This document shows, one piece after another, positions 8,110 to 17,237 of a stretch of 64,000 nucleotides of DNA. This stretch comes from Armatimonadetes bacterium UBA5352 (GTDB taxonomy: Bacteria > Armatimonadota > Zipacnadia > Zipacnadales > UBA5352), in the NCBI GenBank assembly GCA_002411015.1, contig DHPY01000035.1, forward strand, positions 24,118 to 88,117, written 5' to 3'. The translations under genes were made by a program, and so were the position numbers. The notes beneath the pieces were generated by a model. It was not told the DNA's origin. It saw only the letters and a list, made by a program, of their open reading frames with translations, and made no database searches. How positions within the stretch are numbered: position 1 is the stretch's first letter; every line of letters starts with the position of its first letter.

Positions 8110-9435
8110 CTACCCCTCCGCAACACCCCGCAGATCGTGCTCTTCCGCCTCTGCTATGCGCACGGTAACGAACGAGCCCGGCTCAGGCGCCTTTCCCTCA
8201 ATGATGACCTCTCCGTCCACATCCGGAGCGTCGCGATAGGAGCGCCCGACCGGCTGCCCGGTCTCCTCATCCTCGCGCTCAACCAGCACGCGCATCGGCG
8301 CGCCAATGAAGCCGCGGTTGATCTCCAGCGATATATCCGCCTGCAGCAGCATCAGCGCCTCAAGCCGGTCCAGCGCCTCATCTCCCGGCACCTGCTCGGG
8401 AAGCTCCGCCGCGCGCGTCCCCGGTTCGTCCCAGTAGCGGAAGGCCGAGAGCCGGTCCAAGCGCGCCTCCTCCACGAAGCGCATCAGCGTCTCAAAGCGC
8501 TCCTGCGTCTCCCCCGGGTAGCCGACGATGAAGGTCGTGCGGATCGCCGCGCCCGGCAGCGCCTCGCGTATCTGCCCGAGCATCCGCAGGTAGCTTTCGG
8601 CATCGCCGCGGCGGCCCATGCTGCGCAGGATCGCCTGGTCGGCGTGCTGCAGAGGGAGGTCGAAGTAGGGCACGATCTGCGGGACGGAGGCCATCGCTTC
8701 GAGCAGATCGGGCGTGATGCCGCCCGGATGGAGGTACTGCAGCCGCAGCCAGCCGTCCCACCCGCCAAGGTCGAGAGAGCGCAGCAGCCTCGCGAGGGTC
8801 CAGTCGCAGTCGAGGTCGCGGCCCCATGCGGTGGTATCCTGCGCGATCATGCAGATCTCGCGCACGCCGTCGGCGATGAGCGCCCGCACCTCCGCGGCCA
8901 CGTCGTCGGCCTGGCGGCTGCGGTAGGGCCCGCGGATGCTCGGGATCATGCAGTAGGCGCAGGAGTGGCTGCAGCCATCAGCGACCTTCACGTAGGCCAG
9001 CCACTCGCGGCCGGTGCGGATGCGCGGGGTGCTGGCGGAGTAGAGCCAGGGCGGCGCGGCCTGCACGAGCAACTGCCCCTCGCCCGCGCAACTGGCGACC
9101 ACATGGGCGATCTGCGCGATCGACCCGGGGCCGACGAATGCGTCCACCTCGGGCAGCTCCGCGCGCAGCTCCTCGCCGTAGCGCTCAGTCAGGCAGCCCG
9201 CGCAGATGACACGCGGTGTCTCGCCCTCGCCGCGAAGCTCGACGACATCGAGCAACGCCTCCACGGCCTCCTCGACCGCGGGCTCGATGAACGCGCAGGT
9301 GTTGACGATCACGACCTCCGCGGCCTGCGCGTCCTCGACGACCTCGTGCCCGGCGTCCTGCAGCAGTCCGAGCATGACCTCGGAGTCCACGAGGTTCTTC
9401 GGGCAGCCGAGCGAGATGAGCGCCACGCGCGCCAT
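8110..9435 (-). CDS. rimO: Ribosomal protein S12 methylthiotransferase
   Basis: SLGCPKNLVDSE, NTCAFI, CSHSCAYC radical-SAM motif, DAPDVDG TRAM region. Confidence 0.95.
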   Translation of the reverse strand: MARVALISLGCPKNLVDSEVMLGLLQDAGHEVVEDAQAAEVVIVNTCAFIEPAVEEAVEALLDVVELRGEGETPRVICAGCLTERYGEELRAELPEVDAFVGPGSIAQIAHVVASCAGEGQLLVQAAPPWLYSASTPRIRTGREWLAYVKVADGCSHSCAYCMIPSIRGPYRSRQADDVAAEVRALIADGVREICMIAQDTTAWGRDLDCDWTLARLLRSLDLGGWDGWLRLQYLHPGGITPDLLEAMASVPQIVPYFDLPLQHADQAILRSMGRRGDAESYLRMLGQIREALPGAAIRTTFIVGYPGETQERFETLMRFVEEARLDRLSAFRYWDEPGTRAAELPEQVPGDEALDRLEALMLLQADISLEINRGFIGAPMRVLVEREDEETGQPVGRSYRDAPDVDGEVIIEGKAPEPGSFVTVRIAEAEEHDLRGVAEG

Positions 9436-9440
9436 GCGGA

Positions 9441-10316
9441 TCAGTCGTCCCTGCGAAAGATCAAGCAGTAGTGATGATGGTAGTTCGGCACGAAGACCGT
9501 CGGGTAGCCCCAGATGCCGAGCTGTTTGCTGTCCTGGCACCAGATGCGCTCGCCCTGGAAGCTCAGCCCGGGGCTCTGCCCCACTCGCCTCGCAAGGTCC
9601 CACGCCAGCGGCCGCACATGGCCCTCGGGCACCCGCACGTTCTGCACCACGATGACCATGTACTTCCGCGGCTTAAGGAGCCGGGCGCAGCCCTCGAAGG
9701 CCTGCCCGAGTTCCTCGATGAACTGCTCGTAATCTGCGATCGCGCCGAGGTTGCCGTCGCTGTCACCGTAATCGGTATCGAGGCCCGCCTCTGCTCGCCG
9801 CTTGTGCGTCGAGTGCACGCCGCCGCGGCTGGTGCGCAGCATGTTCCAGTAGGGCGGCGAGGTCATGATGAAGTCGAAGCGCGGGAGCCCGTCTGCCTCG
9901 GCGGGCAGCGGAGCGTTCGCCCACAGCTCCGGCGACGCCACGTCGCGCGCGTCCGCATGCAGCACCTCCGCCTCGCAGCCGTTGCGCAGGCCGCTCAGGC
10001 GGCTCCGGGCCATCGCGGCGTAGCGACCGCTGAGCTCGATGCCGACGGAATTGCGCCCCTCCTCGAGCGCCGCAACCAGCGTGGCCCCGCTGCCGCAGAA
10101 GGGATCGAGCACCCAGCCGCCGCGCTTGGTGAAGAAGCGCAGGAACTCCGCCACCAGCTCCTCCGGGTAGCGCGCCGGGTGAAGCTCCGTGTTGCGGTTC
10201 TGCCGGTAGCGCTTCGAATCGCAGACCAGCCACGACTTCGTGGCCTTGATCCACTCGGTGCCGGTGAGGTCATTGAGCGTGTTCTCGCGCGCCTTGTGGC
10301 CATCGGGAGGTTTCAC
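9441..10316 (-). CDS. Orphan amino-methyltransferase (DNA N4-C/N6-A or Trm11-like)
   Basis: HPARYP, VLDPFCGSG (motif I), TSPPY (motif IV); GTGA overlap with ftsK stop. Confidence 0.85.
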   Translation of the reverse strand: MKPPDGHKARENTLNDLTGTEWIKATKSWLVCDSKRYRQNRNTELHPARYPEELVAEFLRFFTKRGGWVLDPFCGSGATLVAALEEGRNSVGIELSGRYAAMARSRLSGLRNGCEAEVLHADARDVASPELWANAPLPAEADGLPRFDFIMTSPPYWNMLRTSRGGVHSTHKRRAEAGLDTDYGDSDGNLGAIADYEQFIEELGQAFEGCARLLKPRKYMVIVVQNVRVPEGHVRPLAWDLARRVGQSPGLSFQGERIWCQDSKQLGIWGYPTVFVPNYHHHYCLIFRRDD

Positions 10317-12775
10317 AGCGTCTCGGCCGGAGCCTCCTCCTCCATCTCCGCGCCATCGTCATCTTGCGCGCAATCGTCGAGGTCGGCCTCCTCCGGCTCG
10401 TCGAGAGGCGGGCCCTGCTCGGCGGCCTCCTCGTAGTCGAGGTCATCCTCGCATTCGGAATCGTCTGCGTAGGGGGTGCCGGAGAGGTGGTCATGCATCG
10501 CGGCGGCGCCGAGCATCACCTCACGCGGCTTCGGGCCGACGTGCGGCCCCACAACGCCGCGCTGTTCCATCGCATCAATGAGCCGCCCGGCGCGCGCGTA
10601 GCCGATCTTGAACCGCCGCTGCAGGCCCGAGACGGACGCCTCGCCCTCGCCGACCACGAACTCCACGGCCGCCTGGTAGAGCTTGTCGCTGACCTCGAGG
10701 TCGCCGGCGAAGTCCTCATCGTCGTCCTCGGGCGCCTGCGGGATGATCTCAAAGTCCGGCTCGCCCTGCGAGCAGAGGTACTCGACGAGGCGCTGGAGGT
10801 CGGCGCGCGGGATGAACGCGCCCTGCAGCCGCCGTGGCTGGTTGGCGTCGATTGGCGAGTAGAGCATGTCGCCGCGGCCGATCAGCCGCTCGGCGCCCAT
10901 GCCGTCGAGGATCGTGCGCGAGTCGTGCTGCGAGGTGACTGAGAGCGCGATCCGTGACGGGATGTTCGCCTTGATCGTGCCGGTGATGACGTTGACCGAC
11001 GGGCGCTGCGTGGCCAGTACGAGGTGGATGCCCACGGCGCGGGAGAGCTGCGCGAGGCGGCAGATCGAGTACTCGAACTCCGCCCGCGACTGCATCATGA
11101 GGTCCGCAAGCTCGTCAATGATGATGACCACGCGGGCCATCGGCTCGAACTCCTGGTCGAGATGCTCCTTGGGCTGCGTGGCCAACTCGTTGTACTCGGT
11201 GATGTTGACAACGCCCTTGAGCGCGAACTGGTCGTAACGCTTGTCCATCTCCCGGATGACCTTGCGGAGGGCGTCGGCGGCCTCCTTGGGCGAGTAGACG
11301 ACCGGAGCCATCAGGTGCGGAATGCCCTCGTAGAGGCGCAGTTCAACGCGCTTGGGGTCGACGAGGATGAACTTCACCTGGTCGGGCCGCACACGCATCA
11401 GGATCGAGGTGATGATGCTGTGCAGGCAAACGCTCTTGCCGGAGTTCGTGGCGCCCGCGACCAGCAGGTGCGGCATCCGCTCGAGGTCCACGATCACCGG
11501 GTGCCCGGCGATGTCGCGCCCGAGGGCCGCCGCAAGGTACGATGAGTGGCTCTGCAGCTCAGGCGACCCGACGAGGCTGCGCAGGCTCACCACCGCGCGG
11601 TGCTGGTTCGGGACCTCAATGCCCACCGCGGATTTGCCCGGAATCGGCGCCTCGACGCGCACATCCACCGCCGCCAGCGCCATCGCGAGATCATCCGAGA
11701 GGTTCACGATCTTCCCCACGCGGATGCCGGGCGCAGGCTCGACCTCATAGCGCGTGATGACCGGCCCGCGCTCGTACGCGACCACCTTCGCCTCCACCCC
11801 GAAGCTCTCCAGGGTGTCCTCGAGCTTGATGATGTTCTCAGTGGCCTCTTCGGCGGCGTGCGGGTCGGGGGCCGCGTCCTCGAGTTCGCCGAGGATGGTG
11901 ATCGGCGGGAGCGAGTAGAGGTCGCTGTCGGCGATCAGCGCGGGCTGCCCGGAGTGGGCGGCGCTGCTCCCGCTCCCGGACGCGGAGCGCGGCTTCTTCC
12001 GCGCCGGGGCCTCGACTAGAACGGCAGGCGCGGTCGGATCGGTCACCGGCGGCTCGATCTGCTGCGGCATGGCGACGGCCGGCCTCGCACGCTCAAGGTC
12101 AAGCTCAACCACGGGCCCGCGATCAGGCCGCACCGGACGCCGCTCGCGCTTGCTGGGCTCGGGGCTCTCCTTGCGGGTGGTAGCCTGCCCGACGACCTCG
12201 CCGGCCTCAATCACGCCGTCGGCAAGCGTCCGCCAGCCGAAGCGGAAGACTCCGGCGGTGAGGCGGCCGATGCCCCTGATGAGCTGCTGCACTGAGGTCT
12301 GCGTGATGAGCACCAACGCCATGATCGCCGCGCCTGTGAGCACGATGTACGAGCCGACGTCGCCGAGGATCTTCAGCATCGCGTGCGCGAAGCCGGCGCC
12401 GAGGTAGCCGCCGTTGATCGCGACCCACTCCGGGTCGAAGCGCGACTCCTCGGGCACCTGCATCGCGACCGCGGTCAGCACCACAATGAAGACGATGCCC
12501 GCACCCACGAGCGCGCGCGGGGCCGCCAGCTGCGGGCGCTCGAGCGCGAAGAGGACGCCGACCACGAAGAGGACCGCGGGCACCGCGAAGGCGCCCACGC
12601 CGAAGCTGAGGGTGAATGCATTGGAGAGCAGTCCGGGAAGGTAGCCACCACCTTCGGTGATGCCGCCCTGGCTGCTGTAGAGCAGGCTCGCGAACGTCAG
12701 CACCGCCCCTGTGATGAGAGCGATGGCGACGACATCGCGCCTGAGCTTGTGCGTGTCTTCCGACGCGCGGGCCAC
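10313..12775 (-). CDS. ftsK: DNA translocase FtsK/SpoIIIE
   Basis: N-terminal TM helices, HLLVAGATNSGKS, IIIDELADLM, LATQRPS, gamma domain LQRRFKIGYARAGRL; GGAGGT RBS before GTG 12775. Confidence 0.96.
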   Translation of the reverse strand: MARASEDTHKLRRDVVAIALITGAVLTFASLLYSSQGGITEGGGYLPGLLSNAFTLSFGVGAFAVPAVLFVVGVLFALERPQLAAPRALVGAGIVFIVVLTAVAMQVPEESRFDPEWVAINGGYLGAGFAHAMLKILGDVGSYIVLTGAAIMALVLITQTSVQQLIRGIGRLTAGVFRFGWRTLADGVIEAGEVVGQATTRKESPEPSKRERRPVRPDRGPVVELDLERARPAVAMPQQIEPPVTDPTAPAVLVEAPARKKPRSASGSGSSAAHSGQPALIADSDLYSLPPITILGELEDAAPDPHAAEEATENIIKLEDTLESFGVEAKVVAYERGPVITRYEVEPAPGIRVGKIVNLSDDLAMALAAVDVRVEAPIPGKSAVGIEVPNQHRAVVSLRSLVGSPELQSHSSYLAAALGRDIAGHPVIVDLERMPHLLVAGATNSGKSVCLHSIITSILMRVRPDQVKFILVDPKRVELRLYEGIPHLMAPVVYSPKEAADALRKVIREMDKRYDQFALKGVVNITEYNELATQPKEHLDQEFEPMARVVIIIDELADLMMQSRAEFEYSICRLAQLSRAVGIHLVLATQRPSVNVITGTIKANIPSRIALSVTSQHDSRTILDGMGAERLIGRGDMLYSPIDANQPRRLQGAFIPRADLQRLVEYLCSQGEPDFEIIPQAPEDDDEDFAGDLEVSDKLYQAAVEFVVGEGEASVSGLQRRFKIGYARAGRLIDAMEQRGVVGPHVGPKPREVMLGAAAMHDHLSGTPYADDSECEDDLDYEEAAEQGPPLDEPEEADLDDCAQDDDGAEMEEEAPAETL

Positions 12776-12922
12776 AGGGTGTACCTCCGATCGCTGGGTC
12801 TGCTGAGTAGTAGTGCAATGAGACGCTGGAATGACCCTGTAGGTTGCCGGGTAGTATAGCACAAGCGCATCTGCGGCGAAAGTCAGCCACAGCCGCTCAG
12901 CCGCTCGCCCCCTGGAGGCGCG

Positions 12923-14002
12923 CTACCCCGTCAGACTCGCCACCATCTCCGAGACGTGCCGGACGCGCTCGATATCGCCCGGCGGCGAGATCTCGTCGGA
13001 GATACCGAGGATCAGCCGCGGCGCCTGCAGCTCAAGCAGCTTCTCCACGCACTCCTCGAGGTCGCTCAGCGTGAAGCTCGGCAGGAAGAACAGGCACGGG
13101 ATACCATCGAGCATGATCTTCCCGGCCATCGCCTCGCACAGCTCCTCCAGCTCGACATCGCCCTGCGGCAGTGGCGTCGGAGCCTCGATTCCGTGTTGCG
13201 GGAGCTTCGCCAGATACGGCAGCAGCGGCCTCAGCGCCCCATCCATGTGGATGTGCGTGAACTTCCCGGCGCCGTGAAGCTGCTCGCAGCGGCGCTCGTA
13301 GATCGGCATCAGGTAGCGCTCGAAGAGCGGCGGGGGCGTCAGCCACGCATCGATGTTGTCGCCGAAGTTTATGATGCGGGTGGGGCTCTCGCAGAGAGCC
13401 TCGAAGAGCTGGTCATCGCAGCGCTCGATGTGCTCCATGAACTGCTCCATCCGCTCGCGGTGGTCGTGGAGCAGGTAGATCGTGCGCTCGAAGCCGATGA
13501 ACTGCACGATCAGGCGCATCAGCGGAGTGCGGTTGAAGTAGAACTGGCAGACGCCGCGGTCGCCGAGACGGGCCTCAATGGCCTCATACTGCGCCATGTC
13601 GAAGCGCACGCGCTGATCCGAGAGGAAGTACTCCATCACCGGGATGTCCTCAAGCCGCTCCACCGGATACTTGGAGTAGTGCGCGGATGTCCCCTCCTCT
13701 CCGTAGCGGATGACGTCACTGAGCGTGCCGATCGGCGTCTCATACCAGGTGGTGCGGCCGTGCGCGTCGCCCTCTGTCCGGAGCGAGCACTTCTCCTGCT
13801 CGTAGACCAGCGGGCGTCCGGCGTAGCGCACCGAGCAGCCGAGGTCATCGTAAAGCTCGATCAGCTCCATCTCCCGGTAGCGATCGGGCAGCGTGCCGGT
13901 ATGGCGGTGATAGCCGTACCAGTGCTCCAGCCGCGGCTGTCAGGCGATGCGGTCAGTCGGCTCTCCGGCGTATGTGCTGAGAATGCGCTCGCGGTCGGTC
14001 AT
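12923..14002 (-). pseudogene. Uroporphyrinogen decarboxylase (UroD/MtaA-CmuA)-family protein with in-frame TGA at codon 21
   Basis: MTDRERIL start with GAGGGA RBS; TGA at 13940-13942 in frame with the downstream 315-aa ORF (ETPIGTL, NFGDN, HIHMDG, LILGISDE). Confidence 0.65.
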
Positions 14003-14204
14003 CGGCGCTCCCTCGGCTAGCTGGATGGTGGTTGGGCGAAGTTCCCGCAAGAGCGGCGGCGCACCTCTGCAACTGTGGCTTGCCGGGGCAGGTATCGGGA
14101 GGTGACACGCGGAATAGCCGGGACGCCGGTGGCCGAGACAAGGCCTCCGACTACGATGCGGTAAGCGGTGCCTGCAGGCGCCTAAAGACATGAGGAGGCT
14201 CATG

Positions 14205-15248
14205 ATGCGCGACAAGCTACGTGTAGGAATCGTCGGGACCGGCGGGATCGCTCGAGGCAACCACATTCCGGCGTGGATGGCCTCGCCGGATGCGGAGATC
14301 GTGGCGATCTGTGACATTGACCCGAAGGCGGCGGCCCTCGGCGCAGAACTGACCAAGGTCGAGAAGTCCAAAGTCTACGAGGACTACGAGAAGATGTACG
14401 AGGCCGAGGACCTTGACGTGGTGGACGTGTGCACGCCCAACTGCGTCCACATGCCGCCGACCGTCGCCGCGCTGGAGGCAGGCTACCACGTCTTCGTGGA
14501 GAAGCCGGTCGCGACCTCAGCCGACGAGGTCCGCAAGATGATCGCGGCCCGGGACAAGTCGCAGAAGCTCCTGTGCGTCACGCAGAACATGCGCTTCTCA
14601 GACGAGGCCATCGCCGCCAAGCGCTTCGTGGATGCCGGCGGCATCGGCGAGATCTACTGGGCGAAGGCCGAGTACCTCCGCGCGCGCGGCGTGCCCGCGT
14701 GGGGCGCGTTTATTGACGCGGAGAAGTCCGCGGGCGGCCCGTGCTACGACATCGGCGTCCACGTGCTCGACCTCACCCTGCACTTCATGGGCTTCCCCGA
14801 GCCGGTCTCGGTCAGCGCCAACACCTGGCTGGAGATCGCGAACAAGCCGTCCGTCATGGCGCACTCGCCGAAGAAGTACACGGTGCCCGAGGAGCTTGCG
14901 GCCGGCTTCATCCGCTTCGCCAACGGCTCCTGCATCTCCCTGGCCGCAAGCTGGGCGCTCAATGCGACCGGAAACCAGAACAACGTGTCAGTCTACGGCA
15001 CCCTCGGTGGCGTGCAGATGTGGCCGTTCACGCTGGTCAAGGAAGAGTATGGGATGATGCTCAACTGCACCCCGCAGTCTCTCGGCAAGAAGGGCCTCGG
15101 CGGGCATGCGGAGGAGATCAAGCAGTTCGTCAACGCCATCTTGCATGGCGGCAAGGTGCCGGTTCCGCCGGAGCAGTCGCTGATCACGCAGCGCATCCTG
15201 GACGGGATCTACAAGTCCGGCCAGGAGGGTAAGGAGATCATCCTGTAG
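14205..15248 (+). CDS. Gfo/Idh/MocA oxidoreductase
   Basis: VGIVGTGGIA, VEKP, GGPCYDIGVH; GAGGAGG RBS. Confidence 0.92.
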   Translation: MRDKLRVGIVGTGGIARGNHIPAWMASPDAEIVAICDIDPKAAALGAELTKVEKSKVYEDYEKMYEAEDLDVVDVCTPNCVHMPPTVAALEAGYHVFVEKPVATSADEVRKMIAARDKSQKLLCVTQNMRFSDEAIAAKRFVDAGGIGEIYWAKAEYLRARGVPAWGAFIDAEKSAGGPCYDIGVHVLDLTLHFMGFPEPVSVSANTWLEIANKPSVMAHSPKKYTVPEELAAGFIRFANGSCISLAASWALNATGNQNNVSVYGTLGGVQMWPFTLVKEEYGMMLNCTPQSLGKKGLGGHAEEIKQFVNAILHGGKVPVPPEQSLITQRILDGIYKSGQEGKEIIL

Positions 15249-15277
15249 CGAGGCTGGCTAACACGGGTCCGGCCGCG

Positions 15278-15586
15278 TCACTTCCGCAGGCCGAGGAAGA
15301 AGCCTGCGGCAAAGCCGCCGCCGAATGGCAGGTTGTAGGTCAGGATGGTCCACAGACGCGCGGTGGCCGTACTGGCGGCGTCGGCGCCCGGGCCCATGAT
15401 GAACTCGCCGATCACGTCCCAGTTCCACTGGGCGAGGCCGTAGTAGGCGAGAAGCTGCATCAGGATGAACAGCACACCCAGCAGGCAGCCGGCCATGCGG
15501 CTCATGGTCTTCACCGCGTGGCCGGCGAAATACCCGAGCAGCCCGCCCACTCCGAGTGTGCTGAGAACGACTGTGAACGGCGTCAT
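15278..15586 (-). CDS. FUN14-family small membrane protein
   Basis: GGLLGYFAGHAVK...QLLAYYGLAQWNW...GFAAGFFLG pattern; AGGAGG RBS. Confidence 0.8.
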   Translation of the reverse strand: MTPFTVVLSTLGVGGLLGYFAGHAVKTMSRMAGCLLGVLFILMQLLAYYGLAQWNWDVIGEFIMGPGADAASTATARLWTILTYNLPFGGGFAAGFFLGLRK

Positions 15587-15619
15587 GTCGGCCCTCCTGC
15601 GCGCCTGGCGTCGGACCAA

Positions 15620-15648
15620 ATGTTAAACCGGGGCGGGAGAGATGTCAA
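15620..15648 (-). promoter_or_regulatory. Promoter of FUN14 gene, overlapping the divergent GGDEF start
   Basis: TTGACA-N17-TAACAT. Confidence 0.55.
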
Positions 15649-16562
15649 CGAACGCCGAATCAGGGAACTGCGCCGGGGAGCGCACTGCGCTGCCACCCGA
15701 GTGGGAGGCGCGGCCGGGCTACGAACTGCTCCGCGCGGCCGTCTACGCGCCGCCTGAGCGCCACGAGTGGATCGAGCGTGCACTCAGCAGCCACGTCAGC
15801 GAGATCGCGTTCGTCCGCTCGCTGGAGGAGCTTGCGGACGCGGACGCGGATCTGATGCTGCTCACGCATGAGGCGCTCGCGGCGGGGCCGGAGCAATTGC
15901 GCCTGGAGACCACGCGTGGCTGGCGGGAGGAGCCGGGGCCGCTCTGGGTGATCATTGACGCGCCGGACCGCGCGCGCGTGACATACCAGGTCATCGGCGC
16001 GGATATCGCGGCTGACTTCGGCATCGCGGCCTGCGAACTGAGCGCGCGGCTGCATGCGCTCATCCGGCGGGCGCAGACGGAGCGCGATCGCAGCCCGCTG
16101 ACGGGCCTGCCCGGGAGCATCTGGCTGCGGCGCTACATCGAAACGAAGCTGAGCAGCGGCGAGACGGTCGGCCTCGTCTCCGCGGATATCGACGATTTCA
16201 AGGCGCATAACGACCGCTGCGGCAGCCTGGCCGGCGACGATCTGATCGTGCTGCTGGCCAAGGTGCTGCGCGAGGAGGCGGGCGCATCCGGCGGCTTCCT
16301 CGCACATGTAGGCGGCGATGACTTCTGCGTGGTCTGCTCGCGGAGGCAGGCTGAGCGGCTTGCGCGGGCAGTTGAGGCGAGCTTTGAGCGCGCGGCGGCG
16401 GACCTGGCGCTTGAGCCGCGGCCGGTGGTGACGGTGGTGAGCACGAGCCTCTCGCCGAACGAGAGCGACAGTGTGCACCGCGCCTTCGAGCGCCTGGCGA
16501 CACTGCGGCAGGCGGAGAGAAGAGGGCGAGATAGAGGCTTGGATGGACGGACAACACGATGA
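15642..16562 (+). CDS. GGDEF-domain protein with degenerate receiver-like N-terminus
   Basis: SPLTGLPG, DIDDFKAHND, GDDLI, HVGGDDF. Confidence 0.85.
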   Translation: MSTNAESGNCAGERTALPPEWEARPGYELLRAAVYAPPERHEWIERALSSHVSEIAFVRSLEELADADADLMLLTHEALAAGPEQLRLETTRGWREEPGPLWVIIDAPDRARVTYQVIGADIAADFGIAACELSARLHALIRRAQTERDRSPLTGLPGSIWLRRYIETKLSSGETVGLVSADIDDFKAHNDRCGSLAGDDLIVLLAKVLREEAGASGGFLAHVGGDDFCVVCSRRQAERLARAVEASFERAAADLALEPRPVVTVVSTSLSPNESDSVHRAFERLATLRQAERRGRDRGLDGRTTR

Positions 16563-16792
16563 AGCCGACTGATCCCGCGTCATGCCCACTCTGCGGTGGG
16601 CGCCAGGAGAGTGGAACCACTACGTTCACTGCGGAGCTGGGATTCGGGGTCGTTGTGATCCGGAACGTACCGGCCAGAATCTGCCAGCAGTGTGGCGAGG
16701 CCTGGATCGACGATGCAGTAGCCGAAGCACTGGAGCGTCGCGTGAATGACGCCCGCGTTCAGCGACAGCAGGTAGCCGTGTTCGCCATGTGA
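16559..16792 (+). CDS. YgiT-type (MqsA N-terminal-like) zinc finger protein
   Basis: CPLC...VVIRNVPARICQQCGE; ATGA overlap with the GGDEF gene. Confidence 0.85.
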   Translation: MKPTDPASCPLCGGRQESGTTTFTAELGFGVVVIRNVPARICQQCGEAWIDDAVAEALERRVNDARVQRQQVAVFAM

Positions 16793-16838
16793 GATCACCA
16801 GCGTGAGCAGGACCTTTTGAGGATGCGAGGGGAGTGCG

Positions 16839-17237
16839 ATGGGTAAGAGCATACTTCTGGTGGATGACGAACGCGACCTCGTCTTCTACACCAAGCTCTT
16901 CCTCGAGGAGAAGGGCTACGAGGTCACGGAGGCATACGACGGCCAGCAGGCTCTGGAGGTGCTGGAGACCTTCCGGCCAGACCTCGTGCTGCTTGATGTC
17001 ACCATGCCGCGGCTGAACGGCTGGGATGTGCTCAAGCGCATGCAGGAGGACCCGGAGAAGGTGGACATCCCGGTGCTGATGCTCACCGCCCGCAGCGAGG
17101 ACGCCGACAAAGCCCGCGGCTGGGAGCTTGGCGTCACGTGGTACCAGACGAAGCCCTTCGAGCTGGACGAGCTTGCGATGGTCATTGAGCGGATACTTGC
17201 CACAACTGACGAGGACTGGGGTGAGGGCAAGGCGTAG
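16839..17237 (+). CDS. Single-domain response regulator receiver protein
   Basis: ILLVDD, LDVTMP, MLTAR, TKPF. Confidence 0.92.
   Translation: MGKSILLVDDERDLVFYTKLFLEEKGYEVTEAYDGQQALEVLETFRPDLVLLDVTMPRLNGWDVLKRMQEDPEKVDIPVLMLTARSEDADKARGWELGVTWYQTKPFELDELAMVIERILATTDEDWGEGKA

Noticed and set aside
9441-12775. FtsK + MTase as an ICE or anti-phage island
   Set aside because: FtsK is the full housekeeping type with TM and gamma domains; no integrase, relaxase or nuclease is adjacent
13940-13942. Genome-wide TGA reassignment
   Set aside because: Many clear genes here end in TGA (ftsK, uvrA, tgt, ahcY), so this is a local event
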